In this document: positions 1 through 7,557 of the stretch, in pieces
Layout of the letters: each line of letters begins with the position of its first letter
How positions within the stretch are numbered: the first letter of the stretch is position 1
NCBI GenBank assembly: GCA_964549615.1
Contig: CAZJVP010000084.1
Span: 1-47,910, forward strand
DNA from: an uncultured Thermococci archaeon
GTDB lineage: Archaea; CAYQAE01; CAYVLA01
Length of the DNA: 47,910 nt
Direction: 5' to 3'
Translations under genes and position numbers: made by a program
Notes under the pieces: generated by a model
Seen by the model: only the letters and a program-made list of their open reading frames with translations
What the model was told of the DNA's origin: nothing
Databases searched by the model: none

Positions 1-405
1 GAATATCGAAACTGCGGAGCTTTGTCCGTGGGGCGTACCAGTCCCGTGATACTTTCACCGATTGCGTGAGATCATCAAGTGCAGCCGCCACAGCATGGCT
101 TCTGACCAATCTGTGGGTCGCCGAGTCTGGACAAGGTCAGTTCTCGGGACCTCTCGCACCAGAGCATCTCACTACTCTTCTCACGTACGGGACGAGGGAC
201 AGCCAAAGCGCGACGGCAACTCCGGCTGGACTCTAGCCCTAGCGGACCGCTTCGTACCCTGCCTCAGATTCTGGCCTGACCCAAGATGGAAGGTGGGCGA
301 CATGCCTCCGCCGCCATGGGAGCTTCGGCCTAGAGGCGCAGAACCGAGGGATGGTCCGTTGAGTACTATCGACAGAACGGTTCTCCGCTTCATTCGGATC
401 TAATG

Positions 406-438
406 CCGCTGGCCGCCCGCCCGCTGGCCGCCGCTGGC
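406..438. repeat. Three direct copies of CCGCTGGC immediately upstream of a BRE/TATA-like element
   Basis: CCGCTGGC at 406-413, 421-428 and 431-438, followed by AAAGATTAATAAAC at 440-453. Confidence 0.6.
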
Positions 439-439
439 G

Positions 440-453
440 AAAGATTAATAAAC
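440..453 (+). promoter_or_regulatory. Putative archaeal BRE/TATA promoter for the secreted-protein gene
   Basis: Purine-rich AAAG followed by ATTAATAA in GC-rich surroundings; SD-like GGAGGTGA at 497-504. Confidence 0.45.
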
Positions 454-581
454 TAACGGGGGGCCAGGAATCGGGCGGGGCCGTGGGGGTCACCTGGGAG
501 GTGAGACCGTGAGAAGAGCTTTCGGGGGGAGATTCGGTCTATGGCGGGGGAGTCTCCGAGATCATTCGCAGACACAGATCC

Positions 582-1505
582 GTGTTGGTTGTCTCAATTC
601 TAGTCTGCTCAGTGGCTGTGGTGGCTGCGTGGTTTATTCCCGAGTCAGGTGACGCAGATAAGGTGCAAGGATACACCAAGAATGACGATGGACAGATTGT
701 TACAGGAGTGCTGGTTCACCTGTACCACCAATCCAGCGGTACACATTGGTACCAAGACTCCGGACAGGATGGCCATTATTCTATCAGGGTAGGGGACAAG
801 ACTGGGTGGTTTAGGATAGAGGGCTCCAAGACTCCCAGCTACCTGCCAAAAGCGCAGAGCTTCTACAGAGAGGACGGGTACGACGGGATAGTGATAGATG
901 TTACGGTGTGGAAGGATAGTGATCAAGATGGCGTCTCGGATAAGGGACCATCTGGAGAAACCTTCAACGAGCAGTACCGGGGGACCAACCCCAATGATCC
1001 GAACACCGACGACGACGCATACAACGACTATTTTGATCCGAATCCGCTCCAGCGGACAATCAGTGGCGGGCAGACTGTGCAACGATATGATGGTGGGCCT
1101 GATTCCTACAGCGTCTATGCAGAAGTTTGGCTCGTTTTCAACAGCCAGTCGAAGATAGTGGGGTATCATGACCTGAAACAGACATGCACGTTCCTGGATG
1201 AGAACACATATTGTGGATGCCTCTTTGACGTCGACGAAGAAATGTTCTGGCACGAGGATCTGGTTTCCGTAGGAGACGGCGAGACAATCTACGCAGGCTC
1301 AGATGTACATCTCCTCAGCGGCACTGGGGCTTGCGTGACGCATATCCACCTAGACAAGAGTTTCTCTGGGAAGAACGGAATATCTTTCATTAGCGACAAC
1401 GACGGAGACGTTGACCGATGTTGCGATCTTGGAGGAGGTTGGATGCATTGGTATGACGAGAGTAACAACTACCAGATAGGCCACACTTCGAATCCTACTG
1501 GCTGA
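582..1505 (+). CDS. Secreted/surface protein with a carboxypeptidase-regulatory-like beta domain and thrombospondin type-3-like Ca-binding repeats
   Basis: N-terminal hydrophobic stretch; VQGYTKNDDGQIVTGVLVHL...DGHYSI pattern; DSDQDGVSD...GTNPNDPNTDDDAYND acidic repeat; Cys-rich C-terminus. The true start may be upstream (see findings). Confidence 0.65.
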   Translation: MLVVSILVCSVAVVAAWFIPESGDADKVQGYTKNDDGQIVTGVLVHLYHQSSGTHWYQDSGQDGHYSIRVGDKTGWFRIEGSKTPSYLPKAQSFYREDGYDGIVIDVTVWKDSDQDGVSDKGPSGETFNEQYRGTNPNDPNTDDDAYNDYFDPNPLQRTISGGQTVQRYDGGPDSYSVYAEVWLVFNSQSKIVGYHDLKQTCTFLDENTYCGCLFDVDEEMFWHEDLVSVGDGETIYAGSDVHLLSGTGACVTHIHLDKSFSGKNGISFISDNDGDVDRCCDLGGGWMHWYDESNNYQIGHTSNPTG

Positions 1506-1555
1506 CACGCCAGGGGCAGAAGGCAAACGTGTTCGGGAGTTAGGTGAGGGTTAGA

Positions 1556-1945
1556 ATGGATGGTCCCAAAAGAACCTTAATCGGCAGGGTTGTCTTCATG
1601 TGCTGTCTCGTTGTGGCCTGCTGGATGACCTACAAGGCGAGCCTTCTGCATTGGCTAGACATCGGCCGATATGGAAGCCTCTTGCTTTTCCTCTGCGGAC
1701 CAATGGGCGCCGGATTCTACGTTGGGGCACGCTCGCGGTCCTACCTCTTCGTGTTCTATGCTATCCTGATGACATCGGTGGTGGTCATGATCATCTTCGA
1801 GGCCATGTTGGTGATCGAGTTCTCTTTCGCCGAGGCCACCGAGGTGGTGTTTCAGATGCTCGCCGCACTGCTAGGACTTCAGACAGTAGGAGCACTCCCA
1901 GCTTTGTCTGTGCGTAGACTCTTGGACGATCGCACGCAAGTCTGA
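1556..1945 (+). CDS. Hypothetical membrane protein, about 4 TM segments
   Basis: Four hydrophobic segments; AGGTGA SD-like motif before ATG 1556 (alternative GTG 1544). Confidence 0.6.
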   Translation: MDGPKRTLIGRVVFMCCLVVACWMTYKASLLHWLDIGRYGSLLLFLCGPMGAGFYVGARSRSYLFVFYAILMTSVVVMIIFEAMLVIEFSFAEATEVVFQMLAALLGLQTVGALPALSVRRLLDDRTQV

Positions 1946-2304
1946 CATCGCGCCCCATCGTCAGCGAGACAGACCAGACCCTCAAGGAAACCGGCACACG
2001 GGCGATGCGTTCCGCAATCAGCCAAGGCTGACCCAGTCGATCCGTATGGAAGCCTCGCCGAGCTGCCCCTTGGCAAGCCTGAAGTCTGAAGAGTGGTCGA
2101 AGTCCGAGTGGAGCTTGCGGAAGCACAAGGGGGCTTGGAATGACAGTCAATCTGAAGGGTCAACTTGCCGTCGGACGGAACATGCAGTTAGGCTGGTGAG
2201 CCATGGAACATTCCTGGAGGACTGGTTGCGTGCTATTTCTCTTTTATATTGCAGCTGAATACAAGTAAAGAACACAGCAACAGGAGGGAACATTCCTGCT
2301 CTCG

Positions 2305-2487
2305 TCATCGCGGCGGTGCTTGGGAGAGTGTTCTACACAGGCCTTCGCCGGTCTTGGTGTCGAGATTCGTGGCGAAGGATCTTTTTGTACCGTCCTCGTG
2401 CCTGACTATGGCGAGGTTGTATTGGGTTTGCTTGTGCCCCTTCAGTCCCATAGTGTATTCGCCCGTTTGGAGCTGCCATACACTCTC
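2305..2487 (-). pseudogene. Probable internal fragment of an ISH3-like DDE transposase
   Basis: Minus-frame translation ESVWQLQTGEYTMGLKGHKQTQYNLAIVRHEDGTKRSFATNLD..., resembling the YTM...LAIV...FATN segment of ISH3/IS4-like transposases; flanked by stops. Confidence 0.35.
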
Positions 2488-3332
2488 CTACGACCCCTCG
2501 AGCACCGCCCGGTTCATGAAGGAGACCATGGCGCTTGTCTACGAGATCCAGAGAATCGAGATAGGTTCCCACACCTACTATCACCTCACAAACAGGTTCT
2601 CCCCCGACCAGGTCGAGTCAAAGAGAAAGCAGTACGAGGCAAGACTGAACTAGGAGAGTTCTCGCCGAGCCAACAAAGGAAGATGCTTCGAAGCATTCGC
2701 CAGGGCAGCATTGCAGTTGATGGTGGACCGAAACCACCTCCGACTACCCCAGGACAAGTTCACATGGGACTGCAACTACAAGGACGGCAAACCCAACTAC
2801 TCGGTCAAGGTGCAGTGCCTGGACGGATCAAAGTACCGCGAGTTCGACGGGGTGCTGCGGGTACCCATTGAGCCGATCAATCGGGAAAGGTTCCGCCAAG
2901 AGATCGTGTTCGTGCTGGAGTGCAAGTACCGCAGCAAACGCACCTTCACGTACAAAGACGTTGAGAGGTTTGCACAGAACCTGGCAAACCACGTACCAGT
3001 TCGGGTACACGGCAAGGTCAAGGAGCCCTCAGTGCCGGTGGTTCCACCACCGGGCGATACGGCACAACGTGGTCCCGGTCCTCGTGACCGGCGGCAAGGG
3101 ACTGGACTTCGACTACTACGACGAGTTCACCGACACCCGGCGGAGGATGAACCCGGTGGGGTACGCCGCGTCGATGGGCATGATCTGCATCTTTGCAGGC
3201 GACTTGGAAAGATCCCTAGGAGAACAAACCGGCAAATAGGCCAAGTTCTCCCGGATATACGAGCAATGCGCCAAGCAAGACAACAACCTCTCCCTCGAGG
3301 AGTACCTTCGAAAAGAACTGGGAGTTAGCTGA
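2488..3332 (+). pseudogene. PD-(D/E)XK restriction-endonuclease-like nuclease pseudogene (two in-frame TAGs and one frameshift)
   Basis: ORFs 2249-2653 and 2711-3328 share a frame across TAG 2651-2653 (LN*ESSRRANKGRCFEAFARAALQ). Catalytic-like EFDGVL...VLECKY motif. Frameshift near 2987 into the 2868-3239 frame, a second TAG at 3237-3239, then an open frame to TGA 3330-3332. Confidence 0.65.
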
Positions 3333-3457
3333 GGGTTCTGGTGCACGTTTCACGGGTACGAACTCCGGCTTATACACGTCCTTCGCGGGGCATACAGCGG
3401 GCATACCCGGTATGCCTCCGATACGCCTTCCGGGCATCCGCAGGGCGTATCGAGGTA

Positions 3458-3543
3458 TGGTGCGGGGGACGGGATTCGAACCCGCGTAGGCCTACGCCAG
3501 CAGGTCCTGAGCCTGCCCTCTTTGACCGCTCGGGCACCCCCGC
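3458..3543 (-). tRNA. trnL: tRNA-Leu(CAG), CCA encoded, no intron
   Basis: Reverse complement GCGGGGGTGCCCGAGCGGTCAAAGAGGGCAGG-CTCAGGA-CCTGCTGGCGTAGGCCTACGCGGGTTCGAATCCCGTCCCCCGCACCA: acceptor stem, CAG anticodon, long variable arm, TTCGAAT T-loop. Confidence 0.96.
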
Positions 3544-3660
3544 GGATCCGCGGTGAGGCTAGTTGCTGAAAAATCTCATCTAGGCTTTCTGTTGCTTTGC
3601 GGCAGGTCCCAGCATTCAAGCTTTCGGCATCTTAATAAGGCCTCGGTGCAAACTAGTCGC

Positions 3661-4497
3661 ATGGAGAATGTCACGGAGGCCATCCTGCAAGAACTCAAGC
3701 GGCTTCAGAGGATACCTCCGGGGACCCCGAAGTTCCTTGAGACCCAGAAGAACATAATGAAGGAGCTGAAGAAGCTCAATCGCAAGGAAAGGAAGGCCCT
3801 CAAGGATACCATCGACAGGGTGCGATCCGACATCAGGATCTATCGTCCTTCGTATTATACCCCGGACTACTTCAGGGTTCTTACCGTGATCTCCCAACGC
3901 CTCACCGAGAGGGATTATTCGATTATCAAACGCGAGATCGAGAGGACCTTCGAACGCCTCGAGAAGAGCTTCAAGACCGGGCATTTCTCCAGATACCCTT
4001 CGTCGTACATAAAGCGGATAAGATCCCTGGTGATGGAGGCCAGCCGCGAAAGCGACGCCGACCCGAGCGAGATCGCGAAGCTCACCAAGGCAGCGGAGCA
4101 AATGGTGGAGAGGATCAAGAAATACGAATACGAGAACGTCACGATCGATGTCTCGGCGTCGAGGATCAGGGTGAGCAGCAAGTTCACCGTGGGTGCCAAT
4201 CGCAGCGATTGGAGCATCGAGCTGATCTCCCCCAAGCTGGAGTACGGCGGGAGGAGCTTCCTGAAGAGAAGGGTCTTGGCCTACATAACCAAGGCCGGGA
4301 AGCCCCTTTCCCGGCCCGAGATCGAAAGGGGAGTGGGAAAGAAGATAAGGTACTTCGGTCATATAGTCCAGTCGCTCGTGAGGAAGTACCTGATTCTCCC
4401 CATCCCGGGTGAGAACAAGTACGAGATCACGGGCACAGGCAAGAGGGTCGGCGAGGTCTACATCGAACTCATAGACAAAGGGGAGGATGAGCAATGA
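3661..4497 (+). CDS. Hypothetical basic helical protein with a C-terminal winged-helix domain
   Basis: C-terminus RVLAYITKAGKPLSRPEIERGVG...IVQSLVRKYLI...YEITGTG is wHTH-like; ATG 3661 lies downstream of TATA-like CTTAATAA. Confidence 0.7.
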   Translation: MENVTEAILQELKRLQRIPPGTPKFLETQKNIMKELKKLNRKERKALKDTIDRVRSDIRIYRPSYYTPDYFRVLTVISQRLTERDYSIIKREIERTFERLEKSFKTGHFSRYPSSYIKRIRSLVMEASRESDADPSEIAKLTKAAEQMVERIKKYEYENVTIDVSASRIRVSSKFTVGANRSDWSIELISPKLEYGGRSFLKRRVLAYITKAGKPLSRPEIERGVGKKIRYFGHIVQSLVRKYLILPIPGENKYEITGTGKRVGEVYIELIDKGEDEQ

Positions 4498-4580
4498 AGA
4501 GGTACATGGTGAACAGGCTCTTCGCGGTGTTCGTCATACTCATCATGATCTCATCCGTCATAGTGCTTCTCTTCAGATGA
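4494..4580 (+). CDS. 28-aa single-TM microprotein MKRYMVNRLFAVFVILIMISSVIVLLFR (not in the ORF track)
   Basis: ATGA overlap with the upstream stop (4494-4497) and ATGA overlap with the downstream start (4577-4580); GGAGG SD; basic N-terminus plus a ~19-aa hydrophobic helix. Confidence 0.7.
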   Translation: MKRYMVNRLFAVFVILIMISSVIVLLFR

Positions 4581-5473
4581 CTGGGATTGGTTTGTCCCGC
4601 CTTTCATGGAAGCTATCGATCGATCCCAAGCTGGCCGAAGGCCTTGCAGGCGTCTACCGAAGCTACGATGTCGTCGGGGACATAATCATCGTGAAGATCC
4701 CGTTCGACCTTGAGGAGAGACGGAGGGAGATCGGGCGCCTGTTGCTAGAGCGGAATCCTTGGGCTAGGCTGGTCCTCCGCGTTGCCGGGAAGACCAACCT
4801 AGATGACCGAACCCGCGAATTGGAAAGGATAGCGGGTGGAGGCCCCACCCTGACCAAGCACCGCGAATTCGGCGCGGTCTACGTTGTCGACGTGGCCAAG
4901 GTTTTCTTCAGCCCCAGGCTGTCATACGAGAGGTGGAGGGTCGCACAGCAAGTGCACCACGGTGAACGGGTGGCAAACCTTTTTGCAGGCGCCGGGTGCT
5001 TCAGTATCCAGATCGCCCGGCAAAGGGCCGCCACGGTTTACTCGATAGATAGCAATCCCGACGCGATCAGGTGCATGAGGGTTGCGCTCGAAAGCAACCG
5101 TCTGCTTGGCAGGGTTTTCCCCATCCTCGGCGATTCGGAGAGGGTGACCAGCGCCATGCGGGAGATTGACCGGGTCATCCTTCCCCTGCCTGCCAAGGCA
5201 GATCGGTTCCTTGGCATAGCAAGCCACATGCTTGGGCGGCGCGGCATAATCCACCACTACCGGGAATGCACGGGAAGCCGGTCGGAGTGCATTCCCCGAT
5301 CCCTCAGAGAGCTCGAGGGTCGTCTGTCCCGCGTTGACGAGAAGGGCGAGTTTGAGGTCGTCGGCTCTCGGATCGTGAGGTCCGTTGGCCCGAGAAGGTG
5401 GCATATTGCCCACGACATACTCTTCCGCCGGGATAACATGCCGACGGCAATCATGCGCTCGAAACAAATATGA
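4577..5473 (+). CDS. Trm5/Taw2 (Met-10+ like) SAM-dependent tRNA G37-modifying enzyme
   Basis: YDVVGDIIIVK, FFSPRLSYER, NLFAGAGCFSI (SAM motif), DSNPDA, DRVILPLP, HHY. Start reassigned to the coupled ATG 4577. Confidence 0.85.
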   Translation: MTGIGLSRLSWKLSIDPKLAEGLAGVYRSYDVVGDIIIVKIPFDLEERRREIGRLLLERNPWARLVLRVAGKTNLDDRTRELERIAGGGPTLTKHREFGAVYVVDVAKVFFSPRLSYERWRVAQQVHHGERVANLFAGAGCFSIQIARQRAATVYSIDSNPDAIRCMRVALESNRLLGRVFPILGDSERVTSAMREIDRVILPLPAKADRFLGIASHMLGRRGIIHHYRECTGSRSECIPRSLRELEGRLSRVDEKGEFEVVGSRIVRSVGPRRWHIAHDILFRRDNMPTAIMRSKQI

Positions 5474-5506
5474 GTGTTGGAAATGGCACGGCAACTGGCC
5501 TAGGCC

Positions 5507-6691
5507 ATGTTCCAGTTGGCCGTCGTCGGCAAGACCAACTCAGGGAAGTCCACCTTCTTCAGTGCCGCGACGTTAGTGCACGCGGAGATAGCCAGCAGGC
5601 CATTTGTGACGATAAAGCCCAACAGAGGACTTGCGTACCTGAGGGCGAGGTGCCCCTGCAAGGAGTTCGGGGTCAGGTGTCAGCCCAGAAACTCTAGGTG
5701 CGAGGATGGCACGCGCCTAATACCCATTGACCTGCTTGATGTTGCGGGCTTGGTGCCCGGAGCACACCTGGGCAGGGGGCTGGGCAACCAGTTCTTGGAC
5801 GACCTCATCAAAGCCGATGCTTTGATACACGTTGTCGATGCCGCCGGTGCCACCGATGAGCAGGGAAACCCGACCGTCCCTGGCTTCCGAGATCCCGTGG
5901 AGGACGTGAAGTTTTTCGAAACGGAGCTTGACTACTGGATAATCGGCATAATAAGGAGGAGTGCCAAGCCCGGATCAAGGCCTCCCCAGACGACCGAGGA
6001 GGAGATCTCCCTCCTCCAGAGCCGTCTTAGTGGGCTTGGCATCGGTGAGGAAGCTCTCAGGGAAGTGCTCAAGTCAAACCCACCCAATCTGTCAGGCGAG
6101 GACTCCGAGCTTATCGATTTCGTCAGGAAGGTGAGGATGATTGCAAAACCAATCTCCATAGCCGCCAACAAGATGGATCTCCCGGGGGCCAAGGAGAACC
6201 TTGATCGGCTGCGACAGCAATTCCCGGATTACCTCATCCTTCCTGTCTGCGCCGAGGCGGAGCTTGCCCTGAGGAGGGCGGAAGAGAGGGGGCTCATAGA
6301 ATACACGCCCGGCGCGCGGGATTTTAAGATCAAGAGCAAATTGAGCGAGGCGCAGGCCGCGGCACTCGAGAAGATCCGGGAGAAGATCCTCATCCCATTC
6401 GGCTCCACAGGGGTCCAACAGGTACTGGATCGTACCGTGTACGATTTCTTGAAGATGATCGTGGTCTACCCAGTGGCCAGCCACACGCATCTTGCTGACA
6501 CCAGCGGCGTGGTCTTGCCCGACGCGCTCATCGTCCCCCAGGGGACCACCGCCAAGCAGCTTGCTTTCAAGATCCATACCGACATCGGACGCAGGTTCGC
6601 CGGGGCAATCGACGCTAGGACCAAGCGCAAGCTGGGGGAGACCCACGTTCTCAAGGACGGCGATGTCATTGAGATCCTGACATCCCGGTAG
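5507..6691 (+). CDS. ychF: Archaeal YchF/Obg-family translation-associated NTPase with TGS domain
   Basis: GKTNSGKST, PFVTIKPN, DVAGLVPGAHLGRGLGNQFLDD, NKMD, C-terminal TGS (IHTDIG...LKDGDVI). Confidence 0.93.
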   Translation: MFQLAVVGKTNSGKSTFFSAATLVHAEIASRPFVTIKPNRGLAYLRARCPCKEFGVRCQPRNSRCEDGTRLIPIDLLDVAGLVPGAHLGRGLGNQFLDDLIKADALIHVVDAAGATDEQGNPTVPGFRDPVEDVKFFETELDYWIIGIIRRSAKPGSRPPQTTEEEISLLQSRLSGLGIGEEALREVLKSNPPNLSGEDSELIDFVRKVRMIAKPISIAANKMDLPGAKENLDRLRQQFPDYLILPVCAEAELALRRAEERGLIEYTPGARDFKIKSKLSEAQAAALEKIREKILIPFGSTGVQQVLDRTVYDFLKMIVVYPVASHTHLADTSGVVLPDALIVPQGTTAKQLAFKIHTDIGRRFAGAIDARTKRKLGETHVLKDGDVIEILTSR

Positions 6692-6827
6692 CATCCCGCC
6701 CTTTCATGGCAGCCAAGAAGTCCTTGTTCGGAAAGATTCTGAACCGATAGTGGTGTCTTTGTTTCCGAGACCCGCACCGTTGGTTTTACAAAAGAAATAA
6801 GAGCGGCCGTTACCCCGAGTGAAGCAT

Positions 6828-7211
6828 ATGTCGGAAGAGGTTGTGAGGACTTACGCATTTCAGTACGGCGCGATCATCAAATACCTGAAGGAGAACTCTG
6901 AGGACATCGGCGCGACCCTTGACCTGCTTGAAAGGAAAATAATCTCGCAGATCCCCCAGATCCAAGAACCCAAGGCTAGGGAACTTTACACAAGGACCCT
7001 AGCGGTGACCCGAAGTACCAGAACGATCCTTCGGAATTTCGACGTCCAGCAGCTCCTTGACTCCGTGCCCAAGGTCGAGGAGGAGTTTCCAGGCCTTTAC
7101 CAGCGGCGGTTGGCTGTGCAGATGGAGATCATAGGGGTCATGAAGCGGGTTCTCTTCGGTCCCCCCATGCCTAGAGGGAGGATCGTCTTCGACATCCCCA
7201 AGCTTTTTTAG
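6828..7211 (+). CDS. Hypothetical helical protein
   Basis: Open frame with coding-like composition and an A-rich promoter-like sequence upstream; no recognisable motif. Confidence 0.6.
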   Translation: MSEEVVRTYAFQYGAIIKYLKENSEDIGATLDLLERKIISQIPQIQEPKARELYTRTLAVTRSTRTILRNFDVQQLLDSVPKVEEEFPGLYQRRLAVQMEIIGVMKRVLFGPPMPRGRIVFDIPKLF

Positions 7212-7287
7212 GCTTCACGGGTTTCACCGCGGCGCCGTTCGCCGGTTTGCCGAGACCGGCAATCAAGCAACTATGACCCGATATGCC

Positions 7288-7557
7288 TCAACCGGCAGGC
7301 CATCGTTGGCGGCCGTGCCCTCTGGCTAGATCGATCGTCTTTTCACAGAGCGCCTGACAAGATAGTATGTCGTCGACAATCGGCAACAGCTTCTCGATGC
7401 TTGGTGACTCCACCCGGGTAGTGACCAGCCGACCTTTGCGCCGGGTGGTTATCGTCGTCCCCTTAGCAGAGACATTATCTGGTTGGAGCGCCTCTGCGAT
7501 GGCGCGAGCGACGTCTTCCGGGTAGATGGATTCTATTACCGCCCTTGCTTTAGCCAT
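7288..7557 (-). CDS. pcc1: KEOPS complex subunit Pcc1-like
   Basis: 89 aa, AIAEALQPDN motif; conserved neighbourhood with uS15, DHH and eS1. Confidence 0.8.
   Translation of the reverse strand: MAKARAVIESIYPEDVARAIAEALQPDNVSAKGTTITTRRKGRLVTTRVESPSIEKLLPIVDDILSCQALCEKTIDLARGHGRQRWPAG

Noticed and set aside
1-403. ORFs 62-403 (+), 181-393 (-) and 239-493 (-)
   Set aside because: No motifs, non-protein-like composition and no convincing start signals; the region is left unassigned.
545-570. Class III (pilin-like) signal peptide RGVSEII in the repaired surface protein
   Set aside because: It is followed by RRHRS rather than a continuous hydrophobic stretch.
2651-3239. Pyrrolysine or amber read-through of the two in-frame TAGs
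   Set aside because: The same gene also has a frameshift, TAG is the ordinary stop of ychF, rps3ae, gatC and others here, and no pyl genes are in the window.
3616-4494. Long antisense ORFs (this one, and also 13734-14672, 44661-45434, 47337-47873)
   Set aside because: They are shadows of well-supported genes on the opposite strand in GC-rich DNA and carry no motifs.
4487-4576. N-terminal extension of the Trm5-like ORF as given in the ORF track
   Set aside because: Better explained by the overlapping coupled microprotein and an ATG at 4577.
6706-6750. 14-aa sORF MAAKKSLFGKILNR after ychF
   Set aside because: No SD, no coupling, and too short to distinguish from chance.
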